A stretch of DNA of 63,910 nt, filler included, from Cercozoa sp. M6MM (taxonomy: Eukaryota; Protista; Endomyxa: Ascetosporea), in the NCBI GenBank assembly GCA_040357565.1. It is 6 parts of 6 records of this genome, joined end to end, with 100 filler letters (N's around TTAATTAATTAA, not from the genome) between each part and the next. Parts side by side here need not be neighbours in the genome. Positions count along the whole stretch, not along the records: positions 1 to 24,417 come from JBDODJ010000158.1; 5 more parts are not named here. One strand, 5' to 3'. Under the pieces are notes generated by a model. It worked only from the letters and a program-made list of their open reading frames with translations. It did not search any database and was not told the origin of the DNA. Below are positions 11,641 to 22,729 of this stretch, one piece after another. How positions within the stretch are numbered: the first letter of the stretch is position 1; every line of letters begins with the position of its first letter. The position numbers and the translations under genes are program-made.

Positions 11641-13827
11641 TCAGGGCTCTTCAGAGAAAGGAACGAGTCGTGGCGGCGTGTACTCGTTGTTGATACTGTT
11701 GATACTGTTGACGCCGTTGGTGGCGCTGTCGTTGCTGTTGTTACAATTGGCGCCACTGGTGTTACTACCATTGGTGTTGTTGTTGTTGTTGTTGGCGTTC
11801 ATGTCGATGATGTCGCCAGTGTACGGATCGTCGACTTCGACAGCGATCTGTGCCGGGTCCACCAGTCGCTTGCGGATGTGCATGGCCTGCGTCGGGTGCA
11901 GCTGCAGGTGCTCCAGTGCCGCCTTGCGCCGATCGATACCGAGGACCTACCGGGGGGTATCAGGGGTGTGAGAAGGTATGGGGGGCATGAGACAGACTAC
12001 CTTGAGCAAGAAGATCGACAGGATGGGCACGAAGAGCATCGAGTACCACGTGACACAGTAGGCGATCGACGAGTTCGAGCTGCCGTGTATCAGAATCGCC
12101 AGCACGAACAGCAGTGGGAAGTGCGGCCAGCCCCTGTGTCACAAGGAGGGTCACACACACACACATGCTCACACACACATGCCCTGCAAGCAGAGGGCAC
12201 CTAGCCAGACCCGAGGCAGACAGCGACGCCCACACCGGGTGCATGAACGACATCAGCGAGCGGAACACGAGAACTACAGCCACAACATCATATGCCAAGC
12301 TGTACCCCTACAGTGCCCCCACTTAAGTACCCCTATATAGATCTACCTGCATACTGCGACGACGTGTCTTTCGACATGCCGAGATACTGCTGGTTCTCCA
12401 GGATCGAGAAGGCCAGGCCCTGTGTAAACTCACACGGAATAGACCAAGGGGGGGTACATAGATACAACACACCGAGACAAAGGTGCCAATCACAAGGCCG
12501 AGTTTACTGCCTTGGTACTCCTTGCTGCAAGCCAAGTCACGTGTTTGGATGTGCCCTCAAGTATCCCTCGCCAGTAAACAACACTACCTCAGCAGGATGG
12601 AGTTGCCGATCAGCAGTTTGAGGTACTCCTCGCACAGACCGGCACCAAACACCATGACGATCCACATGCGCCACTTCTGGTCCATCTGTAGGGGGGGGGG
12701 GGGGGGTAAGAGGGAACATCAAGGGTGTGGGAAGTAAAGCTACAGGCTGACAGCCGTCGTCGTCATCGGACTCGAAGCCTTTGAGCACGTACTCCTGCAG
12801 GTGGAAGGTGAGTGCGCCCAGCGTGATCACCTGCAGCCAGTAGCGCGCACGCCACAGCAGCACGAATGATCGATCATCGCGATCAAAGTGATCGATCTCC
12901 ATTGGCACCAATCCTACACCGTCACCGTTACTACCTGCCCCATACTACCTGCCTACTACCTGGGAGACATACCTAGTGCCTTGAGCCACCTGTACTGCGG
13001 CCGCGTGTCTCGCTTCCACAGTAGCACACTGAGCACTGTCCGGGGGGATAAGGTAGAGGTTAAACAGGGGGGGGGGGGGGAAAACACAGGGCTACCAACG
13101 TAGAGTGCCACCAGCAAAGACATGATAACGATCGGCTGCTTGAGATTGATCAGCAGCGAGGCAAAGGTGAGCCACATCACCAGCAGCGCAAAGGCCTAGC
13201 AAATCGACATACCCTAAGCCTAACCTATCAAGTCATAGACACGGTACCATGTAGAGGAAGACATGGGCCACTTTGGCCATGGTAACAATACATGCTAGCG
13301 AACGACTTCGCAGGTACCACACCTGTGAATTGGAGAAGGAGGGTACACAACTAACATGTGGGGGTATGACAAGTGTGTACCAGGAAAGGAACCACAGGAA
13401 CCCAAGCCTATACAGAGACAGTACGAACAGCAAGGCACAGAACAGTACCTTCAATTCACACTACCAGAAAGGCGGCAGGAACGTTCTTCACTGCAATGCC
13501 AACAATGATGGACTGCACCAGCACCACGACAATGGCCAGAATGATCGGACGGTTCTCCGGGTCAGTCGCGTCGCATTGCACTGTCCATCCGGGCGGACAG
13601 GGGAACGATTAACTGAGTACACAAGAGCCCCTCTTAATCAAGCTACCGCACTGTCGTCGCCAGTCCATGCGTAGCTGAGCGGCATCATCGCTGTGCGAGG
13701 ACACGACGAGAGGTCGCGACTCCTGCACAATCGGCGTAAAGCCGCGCTGCACGTTCACCTCAGGAGCCACATCCACAACCGTGTCCAGCTCCATCTCGGA
13801 GCGCCCGCCTTCGCGCTGCAGGGACAT
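11641..13827 (-). CDS. PrsW-family (glutamic-type) intramembrane protease
   Basis: Multi-pass membrane protein with the four family motifs in order: GAGLCEEYLK, GLAFSILENQQY, FMHPVWAS, LIHGSSN. Asn-rich C-terminal tail. Confidence 0.8.
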
Positions 13828-14221
13828 TAACATTTTGAAGTTACAGCCATCCGAGACGAGTTTGATCAGAATCGAGAAACGCGAGAATAAAACTGCTGTG
13901 AGGATACGTTCTGGTGCTCGTTTCGCCGCTCTGAGAGCGTCTGTGAGTGCTATCTTAGATCTACGCTCGATCACAAGCACTTCCGTGCACGGAAAAGCCT
14001 GTTTTGTTCGCGTTTTTCGTGCCGGCTCAAAGGCTGGCTACACGGACAAGCGGACGAACAATGGACCGCATTTGGCCGATTTGCGCCGATGGGTCAGCAA
14101 CGTACACCATCAGCATCTACAGACGTAGTTGACGTGCAGCGCAGTTTCGCAGCTTTAGCAGAGGCGCGTCTTGTTCACAGCGCGTCCTTCTGCCGTCTTT
14201 CACAACAGACCAGCCAGCAAA

Positions 14222-14874
14222 ATGTCGAGCGCCACAGTGACCGTTACTGACAAGGATTCACCGGAGTATGGCTCGCACACGCCGATCCAGAACCTCACGT
14301 ATGTTGTCTGGCTTTTGTGCACGCTCTGGATCGTCACACAGTTTTTTTTTGCATTGGGTCGCGATCACTTTTTGATCTGTACGTGTTGTATGTATGTCTG
14401 CTGCAGGTTCTCTGCCGAGGGCACGGTGGAGATTGTTCCGGATCCGTCTCCTCGCTGGTACGCATGTCGACTAGTGTTCCCTGCTTCGTTTAAATTCGCA
14501 ATCATCACAGGATGAAGATCGGCAAGGTCGTGCTCGCCTTCTTGATCCTGTATGGTGTGTACGCTGGTTTCTACGGTGCTCTTCTGTCGGCGACACTCGC
14601 CGGTACGATGCCTCTATGCTTCCTTGCATGTGCGAGTAAAGTTACATGCTCCCACAGGCGAGGAGACCACCCTGTGGGTGTTCTTCGGCATCTTTGTTGC
14701 CGCTCTTGTCATCCTGACGGCCCTTGTCTTCAAGACGCAGCGCCAGATTGCTGCTGAGGTAGAATTGTTTTTTCTTAATCTTGAGGGTCATTTGCCTGAT
14801 TGCAAATTAAAATGTGACTGTCGCAGGAGGAGGACGAGGAATACATGGAGGACCTTGACGAGAAGCAGGGTTAA
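14222..14874 (+). CDS. Small two-TM hypothetical protein with acidic C-terminus
   Basis: Five exons give MSSATVTV...SPRWMKIGKVVLAFLILYGVYAGFYGALLSATLAGEETTLWVFFGIFVAALVILTALVFKTQRQIAAEEEDEEYMEDLDEKQG*. Confidence 0.7.
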
Positions 14875-15210
14875 CAACGTCCATCGCTCACCCTTCAATT
14901 CCCGCACTTCCGCTTTTCCACGCGAAGCAATTGTGTAAGAGAGGACTCGAATTGTCGGAGTGGTCTAGATTGATTTGTGTCGTGTATTTTCGAGCTGAGC
15001 ACGTCAGTGCTTCGTGCTCCACACTCGTGCCTAACTTTCAGTCAATATTATGCCCAACTAGCAGTTGGTTAGATTTCCAGAAAGTGGATTATTTGGGTGT
15101 CCGTGTCGTCAGTGGCATGTAACTTTGCCATTTAAGCTTGTAGCACACTCGCTGTCTTAAGCTACGTGCGCTAGCCGACAAGCCTGGTATGTCACTAGCG
15201 ATATGGCTGG

Positions 15211-15225
15211 CCCATGATGCGAAGT
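15211..15225 (+). promoter_or_regulatory. Putative upstream promoter element of snoRNA copy 1 (CCCATGATGCGAAGT)
   Basis: 14/15 identical to 17296-17310 on the - strand, and lies 63 nt from box C in both copies while neighbouring sequence has diverged. Confidence 0.55.
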
Positions 15226-15258
15226 ACAATTTCGCTCTGCGCTAAACAACAAACGCGA

Positions 15259-15377
15259 GGCGGTGTCAGGTGCTTGGTCGAACAGCAAGGATGAAAAACG
15301 TTTATCCCTAGTTGAGTCCTACGGGGCAACTCCAATTACATGAGAACACAGACTAGAGTCTCTGAGCCACCTTTTTT
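15259..15377 (+). ncRNA. Box C/D snoRNA, SNORD52/snR78-like LSU rRNA Um guide (copy 1, with 5' leader)
   Basis: C-like box AGGATGA at 15288-15294. Guide ACAGACTAGAGTC (15348-15360) is complementary to the conserved LSU rRNA sequence GACUCUAGUCUG. Box D CTGA at 15362-15365, then a T6 run. The 5' end is inferred. Confidence 0.75.
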
Positions 15378-15474
15378 GTTTCTTCGGGCTCTCTTGGCCC
15401 TCGGCTTGCCCTTGACTTTTGCCCAACGAGCAAGTTAGACTTTAACTAACAACTAGGCATGGCAAGCGGAGGTT

Positions 15475-15883
15475 TTAGTCGGTATTGTTTTGGAGCGAAA
15501 CGGTGATCTCTTCGAGTCTGGCAACACGTTCTTTGTCCAGACTGCAGCTGTCCGAGTCGCTGCTCAGGCTATCTTTGGCGCCTTCTTCCGACGCTGAGAG
15601 CGACAGTTCCGACCGTGACAGGATAATCATGCGGTCACGCTCTTGCCTGCCGACTGCCCTCTCTGCCGTTGCTTGTCTCTTGGCAGATCTGTCTCTGCAC
15701 AGACACAGGGGCATGTGCATGTGCCCAGTATGCGGTATGTGACTGATAGAGATAGGGAGAGAGAGAGAGAGAGAGAGTACACTCTTGCACGCTCTGCGGC
15801 GAACTCTCGCACCTGGTCTCGAAAGCCCGAGTTGGGCCACACCTGGCAGAGTGCACGCGACACTTGCATAACACACACACACA

Positions 15884-15937
<54 letters not shown>

Positions 15938-15947
15938 NNNNNNNNNN

Positions 15948-15996
<49 letters not shown>

Positions 15997-16154
15997 CCAG
16001 GGTGCTAGGAGTACAATCTCACGACGCCGGCGCAAGAAGGACAACGCCTCGTCGTAGCTCTGCAGGAAGGGCAAGTCGTCGAAGCGACGCGGCGTGCGGC
16101 GACACAGCAGCCACGCCAGCACGACCGAAGCACTGCGCGAGATGCCCTGCCAGT

Positions 16155-16197
<43 letters not shown>

Positions 16198-16886
16198 GAT
16201 ATATAATATATATATTAGTATATTATATACACATATACAGACTGCACCTGCTCGCAATGCACGAGGATCCTCGCGTTCTCGTTCTCCAGCGCGTCATCCA
16301 TGAACCTCACTGCGCACAGAGCAGACACTTAGGACCTACCAGGCAGGAGAGGAAACAGGGCAAGCACACCCGCTCGCGGCAGGTGCGACCGGATGTCGAC
16401 GCGCGCAAAGTCGTCGATCGGAATGTTCAGAAAGGAGAGAGTCCTGTCCGACGGAAACAGCGGCGGCCTGTGCGACACAGTTCGAAACTGCTGAAACAGG
16501 CCACAGTGTTTTGCAAGAAGGGTAGTACATGCGAGTGACGTTGACGACGTGCGTGATCTGCAGTCGGCGCAGGTGTGGCCGGTACGCCGCCGATCGCACA
16601 CCACTCAGGTACAGCGTGTCCTCCACCTGCATACACAAACAGCTTTCCCTTTTGTGCAGATGGTATACTGTTTGTTACAACTGTATCTGGAACAGGCGGC
16701 GCAATGCCTTCGTTTGCGTTGCGTACCGTCGCATCTCGCACCCTAATCTACAGTACAGTGAGCGCACATACACTGTGGCACATGTGGGAGTATTTTTGAG
16801 AAATGGAGTACCCACATCGGCTCATAGTGCATGTCGATCTCGCTGACTTCATCCCCATGCAAGCAAGATGTCAGCCTCGCGCCCAT
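15475..16886 (-). CDS. Dual-specificity protein phosphatase
   Basis: LYLSG, ITHVVNVT, IPIDD, catalytic ILVHCEQGISRSASVVLAWL and VWPNSGFRDQ motifs. N-terminus MGARLTSCL. Confidence 0.9.
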
Positions 16887-17146
16887 GGCAACACTAGGCG
16901 TGGAAATACACTAAAACGCGCTTAGTTTTAGCGTGGTGTGATCATGCCTACATGCAGCTGCATGTAGCTGCGTTTAGTACACAAGACGGTTTTTGGTCGG
17001 GCGGAGCCACATTTACACTGTTCGGAGCCGACTGTAGGAAGGCATACTTCGTCGACAACCGTATTTACCCCCCGCTGAGGTCAGTAGCTTGGCCCGGTGA
17101 CCATTTGCCCACGGTCTTGCGACAAAAAAGAACAAAAATGAAGGAA

Positions 17147-17262
17147 CAAAATGGCTCAGAGACTCTAGTCTGTGTTCTCATGTATTTGGAGTTGCCCCGT
17201 AGGACTCAATTAGGGATAAACGTTTTTCATCTTCGCGGTTCGACCAAGGAACGCACACCGCC
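17147..17262 (-). ncRNA. Box C/D snoRNA, SNORD52/snR78-like (copy 2, inverted relative to copy 1)
   Basis: Reverse complement is near-identical to copy 1 from the C box to the D box, with the same guide, box D at 17156-17159 and a T4 run after it. Confidence 0.75.
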
Positions 17263-17295
17263 TGGCGCTTCTTGTCTCGCCCGAGTTGAATTTTC

Positions 17296-17310
17296 ACTTC
17301 GCGTCATGGG
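17296..17310 (-). promoter_or_regulatory. Putative upstream promoter element of snoRNA copy 2 (CCCATGACGCGAAGT)
   Basis: Same sequence and spacing as 15211-15225. Confidence 0.55.
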
Positions 17311-17404
17311 TAGTCAATTTCGAAAGTAGGACATTGTTTCTCCGACCCAACCTCTTTTACAACTGTACTTTAATTGAGCCACCACAGGCAGTCTGTAGGA
17401 CTCT

Positions 17405-18464
17405 TCAGGTTTGTTCGCGCACAAACACATTCTTCTGCGAGAGCAAGCGAATGTCCGTCGACAGCATGTCAAGTTCGCGCTCAAGAGCTTCCTTCAGCCG
17501 CTTTCTGGGCTCATCCATCGTGACCTGATGCGTCAACAATTGGTACTTGGCGTTAACGTCGTTCCATTTCTGCTGCAGGTCTGCTCAGATCGCTCACTGT
17601 GAACCAAAGGCAACAACGAGAAAGTGAAGTTATCGATACTGTACCATTGAGGATATCAAGTCGTTCTTCTTCAGGAAGCTGCGTGACTCGCAGGTCGTTG
17701 TGTTCTTCTTCTTCTTGTCGCAACTGCGCCATCTTTGCGACGGCTTCATACTCATGTTGCACTTGCTGTTCACAGAGTCGAGTTCGGACGGAACATTCGA
17801 TGCTTCACCCCTGGAGAAACGGAGGGTTGCTATACCTTTTTCACCTCGTCGAGGTACGCTGGAACACGAGCGAACTCCTCGTGTTTCAGCAGTTCGTCTG
17901 GAGGCGGGCTCTTTGGGCGGTTTGGCTCCTTCAAGATGTTTGCAATTGCTGCATTTAATCCAATAACATTATGCACAGAACAGGTTTGTCTCGAAGTGTG
18001 CATAAGGTTTAGAAGGGGTTGGGATTACCGTTCGCCTTGATGAAGTTCTTCTCGGTGGTCAGTCCATAGACAGGGGTTTCACTTGGCTTAGGGAGCGGCG
18101 GCTTTTTGTATTGCCGCTTCGACTTTTGAGGTGAGACATCTCGTCCACTAGACGCCAGTGTGCCGCTCTTTTTCTTGAGAAACTTCTTTGGCGACACCGA
18201 GCGCTTGACGACAGCTCCCATCGTAGCATGTGCTCGTGTCTTTTTCGATGGCTCCCCTCGAACACCGCCTGCGTTTTTCACACCCACGGAGGCAAAACTT
18301 GAAGCACCGAAAGTCGAACCTGTCGGAGGGACGTAACCGGCCTTGCTGAGGTAGCTCGGTTTCTGCCATGGGCGGCGTCGCGAAGGCCTTTTTCGGCTCG
18401 CGCACTCGGCCTCGGATTGCTCCAGAAGTGCATAAATGCTTTCCTGGCACTGAAGTGCTGCCAT
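17405..18464 (-). CDS. ENKUR: Enkurin (axonemal protein)
   Basis: ESIYALL near the N-terminus, TEKNFIKAN, FARVPAYL, LPEEERLDILNDLQQKWNDVNAKYQLL and KEALERELDMLSTDIRLL. Confidence 0.85.
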
Positions 18465-19181
18465 AGTTGCTAGGAATGCCTCACAGCACACTAAACCTAT
18501 TGGTTCAAAGTCGATCTGTGTTCACTCTGACTGACTCGGAAACTGCGTGTTTGGAGAAACGCAGGTGTCGGCAGTTCCAGTCAGTTCCCGATCCACTGAA
18601 GCTGAACGAACGAGTACTGTATCTCTCGCACGCACAGTACACCGCTATGGGTGAACAGGAACTCATTGAAACAAGGGGTCAAATTTATCACCTGTCGAGT
18701 CATGCCAGTGGGTTCGCTCAGGAATCAGGAATCTACGGACACACACGTGGCTATGTTCAGTCTCCGAAGAACATTGAAGCTTGGCGACACGAAACCATCA
18801 GACATGCGTCTTGGGGGGCTAGGTCGTTCACTACTCCCTTGGCGTGTAACTTACATTAGCAGGAAACTCTCCATCAGTCTTAATAGGCTTCCAACGATTT
18901 TCGTACACATACAGCACTGTACATCGCGTATGTGCTTAAGACGGGGCTATTACTGTCAACCCTGTAAACTTAAAACCTTTATTTAAGTTTACGTTCAGAT
19001 AATATAATTGACGCGAATGCAATGTCCCTTCCCAACCAGCAAGTCGAGTGGCATGCACGTATGCAACTGGGCAGTTTTTGTGCAATGTCACTGCGCGATA
19101 AATTAGCTGTTTTTGGCTTGTCCTCCAGAGCTCTCAGATGACATGACGGGTTCTCCTCCTAACGACAAACACAGTGCCAAT

Positions 19182-19406
19182 TCAGGTACATGTTGAGACT
19201 GCCAGTTTGCGCAAAGTACCGGTCGGAGCAGTTTGCTGCAAGTGCGAGAGCGTTAGTTCGGGTACAGAACTCGTGTTCTGCATGGGCGGCATCAGACTCA
19301 GAAAGGATGCGTCGTTCAGCGAGGACAAGTGTCCACCCAGCAGCGACGGCAACGACGCACCTGTGAACGAAAACAAACAGGGCGGCATCACACACACAAA
19401 CACACA

Positions 19407-19457
<51 letters not shown>

Positions 19458-20279
19458 CAGGCACCACTGGCACTCCGGAGCAAGCCTGATGAGTCAACTT
19501 ACTCTCCATGTCCATCATCGTGTTTTCGTCCAGCAAAGCGACATCGATGGCTGCCGCTGCGAGTGCTTGCGACAGGTCCATGGCTGCTGCAAAGGAAGCA
19601 ACCAACCCCCCGTTGTTTTATTATTCTTTAGCTTGAGGAAGCAACAAAACAGAGGGCAAAAGTACGGTCAGCTTGCGATCTGCGTCCGCGCGTACCTGAG
19701 TTTGAAACACTCCAGTTTTTGATTGGAATGTTGAAAGGACAGAGAGCAAGCACCCTTGTTCTGAGCTCGTTGTTCACGTCTAGCCTCGACTTCTCTTCGC
19801 GACTGCTGACAAGCAAACACTCTCTCTTCACTCGCATGTCATTGTTATTGACAGGTTGACTGCAGAGAGAACTCACGCTGACTTTGGCATCAGTAGCTGC
19901 CGAGACGTCATAGTACTTCTTGAGCATCGGGTGCTTGGTCTTCTGCATGTGGCGCCATTTGTCCTGTGTGTGTACATGTCAGGAAGAGTCATCTCTATGT
20001 GTCCAACTGCAGTTGTGAAAGTATGATACCTTGAGATTCACGTTGGTTCGACAAGTGTCCTCAGGGAAGAAGTGCATCAGAATCTTCTTCCACTGACCGG
20101 CGCCGAACTTGTTCACTCCTGCAGGCCAGAGGTATATATACATCCATACATTTATATATCATAGATACCGATAGATGGATCTAAATATCATGCACAAACA
20201 TGCAAGAGATACCTCGGATGAGAGCAACGACCTCTTCGTTTGTCCACGGAGGTCCCTAAGACACAATCATTGTATGTGC

Positions 20280-20333
<54 letters not shown>

Positions 20334-22145
20334 CTCTGTTGCTATGGGGACAAACTGAAGCTACCGCGGTCTTGCGACGCTTGCTTTTGCGTCGCGGGAA
20401 CACGTGCTCGCCACTCTGCAAGGTTCCAAAGGATGAAAGCAGAACACTGACACAATAGAAGGACAGAAGAATGCTACTTGCGTCTGTTCCGCCGACAAGG
20501 AGCGCCGATTGATCGCCATTTCGTTCTCACCCGGCCTGCCAGATAGCAGCAAATTCACACATACAAACACACAGGCATTGGACATACCAGCGCTGCTGGT
20601 AGATGTTGGTGTACTCCTCCCAGACATCCTCATGCGAAAGCAGGAGTTGTGCAAAGTGATCGCGCAAGTGGTACCACCTGTGTGTGAGACCAATAAGTGA
20701 TACCAGTAAGTGACACCAATTATACATGTGCTCAACGAAAACAAGACAGCCTCAGGAAACAGTACCGACGTTCGGCAGCGATCTGAGGCTGCTGGAACTG
20801 CGAAAAGTCGAAACTGCGCCAGAAGAGATCGAATTTCGGAGCCACCTACATTGTGTTTGGGTCAGCTGTAGAAAAACCGGGCACAACAAGCGAAAGTACC
20901 AACGAAGAACGCATGCAGGCCAGCACAAACTCGGCGAATTGTGCGTCCTCTTGTTCCACCCACTCACCCTAAAAAGCTCACGTTTCAATCAGTCGGCATC
21001 AGTTTAAACACACAGATAGAAAGTCTACCGGCACGGCAGGCACAACCATGGCACCCGAGAGTGCCGCAGCAGCAGGTTCCTGCACGGCACTCCACGAGGC
21101 AGCAATGCGGAACGGCGGCAGCGCAATCAACTGAAACTCAAAAGTGTACTTGTGCACAAGAGTTTTGATTGATTTTACCTGCTTGGCATCGACGCAAGCT
21201 TCGGCCCAGTCAAGTGCATGCAGCGGTTGCTGGAACAACTGTACACAACAATGGGATACTGAGTCCATCTACTTTACTTCTTTGAGGGAGTACAGAGCAG
21301 TAACACTACCTCTGGCGTCTGAACCGACAGAGCCGCCAACTCGGCTTGACTCACCTGTGTTTAAATAGTTAAAAATAGTAACATTAAACTTTGAGCAAGT
21401 ACCAGGATGACATCAGCGATCTGATCGTTTTTGTCGTTGTCGTTGCCGCCACTCTTGCAGCTTTCGTCCGCAATAGTCGAGGCAGTCGACGGTGCGTTCG
21501 AAAGCACGTCTGACTGTTGGCACTCTGTACACATCATTCTCAATTTCAGTCAGTTTAAGTCACTCGAAGTGAGAAGGAGAAGACTGTACCTTTCTCCTCT
21601 CCAATTAGAGCAGCCCCATGCCTCGCCACCAGTTGCGAAATCGCACGTTGCTTCGCCGTTTCACTGTCCCAAATACCAACACAACTTTGATTCATATCAA
21701 ATATACTGGAAAAGAAACACACCGCACATAGACGGCAAGTCGCAGAGGACGTCCGTCAGCGCACGTGAACAGTTTCTTCAGGTCCCTCTTGTCCAGCTCA
21801 CTGCCCTGCAACGCCTGCTGCACGAGTCGCTCGCCTCGTTCGAAAGCTACAGAAAATATACAACTTGAATGAAGAGAGCCGACACTGGAAGAACGAAAAC
21901 TCGGAAAACAACCTTCGCGCTTGACAGCTAGGTCGGGCACCTCGGTGCTCGCCATGGACTCGTCGCACTCGCTCATTGGCATCAGCACATGGCCGCCAGC
22001 CACACTGCCAACTGGCATATTGAGCGACGACGCTTGAATAACATGCTGCATGTCTTGCATCTCCGGCAGAAAGAAGTTTACTGTGCAGCAGTCGTCACAC
22101 ATTCACTCAATGTCCAAATCGACGGTGCAAAGTACCTCCACTCAT
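19182..22145 (-). CDS. Telobox-type single-Myb protein (telomeric repeat-binding factor-like)
   Basis: Exons at about 19940-20255 join to PWTNEEVVALIRGVNKFGAGQWKKILMHFFPEDTCRTNVNLKDKWRHMQK. Gene ends are approximate and the region could contain two genes. Confidence 0.75.
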
Positions 22146-22729
22146 GATTGGCGATGTGATTTCGAATTGAGACACTTAGAGTTCACCGAGTCACGATCTC
22201 GCGAAATATGATGAGTTTTGGCGAAGAAATGCGAAAAAAGTGCTTATAAACAGCGAAGGCGTCAAGGGGAAGCGTCAAATTCACTTGCTTCGCCCGAACT
22301 GACAAGCTAGTGAGAAAATAACTCAGTTGCCCAGACGTCCGCGGGGAAGTTGGTTTGCGCGTGTCAAGAGGTCTGGAGGTGTCGCAAAGACCCAACTCAC
22401 GCGTAAATATGCCACGTTTAAGCTTGCAAAACGATTGTATTTCGCAGACATGCCTGACCGCTTTTTTTGATCGATTGCCGAAAATACAAAAAAACATCGG
22501 TTGTGTGTTTTCTCGTTTTCGGCTGCATTAAAATGCAAAAAATCAAGATGGGCGACAGATCACTGAGAGGTGCTCCAAAGTCTGTCCCTTTTTAGAGCAC
22601 AGAGCAGCGAGCGCTTGTTTATTGAGCGCCGGTGACAGATGAATTGTTTTTCTTTAAGTACAGCATACCACTGAGCATTATTTGCGCATCCAAGCTAGTC
22701 AGGCCGTGATCAGGTTCAATTAGATCCTG

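Noticed and set aside
12555-12590. Apparent non-canonical or very short intron in the PrsW-like gene
   Set aside because: A canonical GT..CAG intron of about 63 nt restores the frame (LLSKEYQG).
15250-17270. Pack-type transposon whose terminal inverted repeats captured the phosphatase gene
   Set aside because: Conservation follows snoRNA boxes and an rRNA-complementary guide. No sharp termini or target-site duplication were seen.
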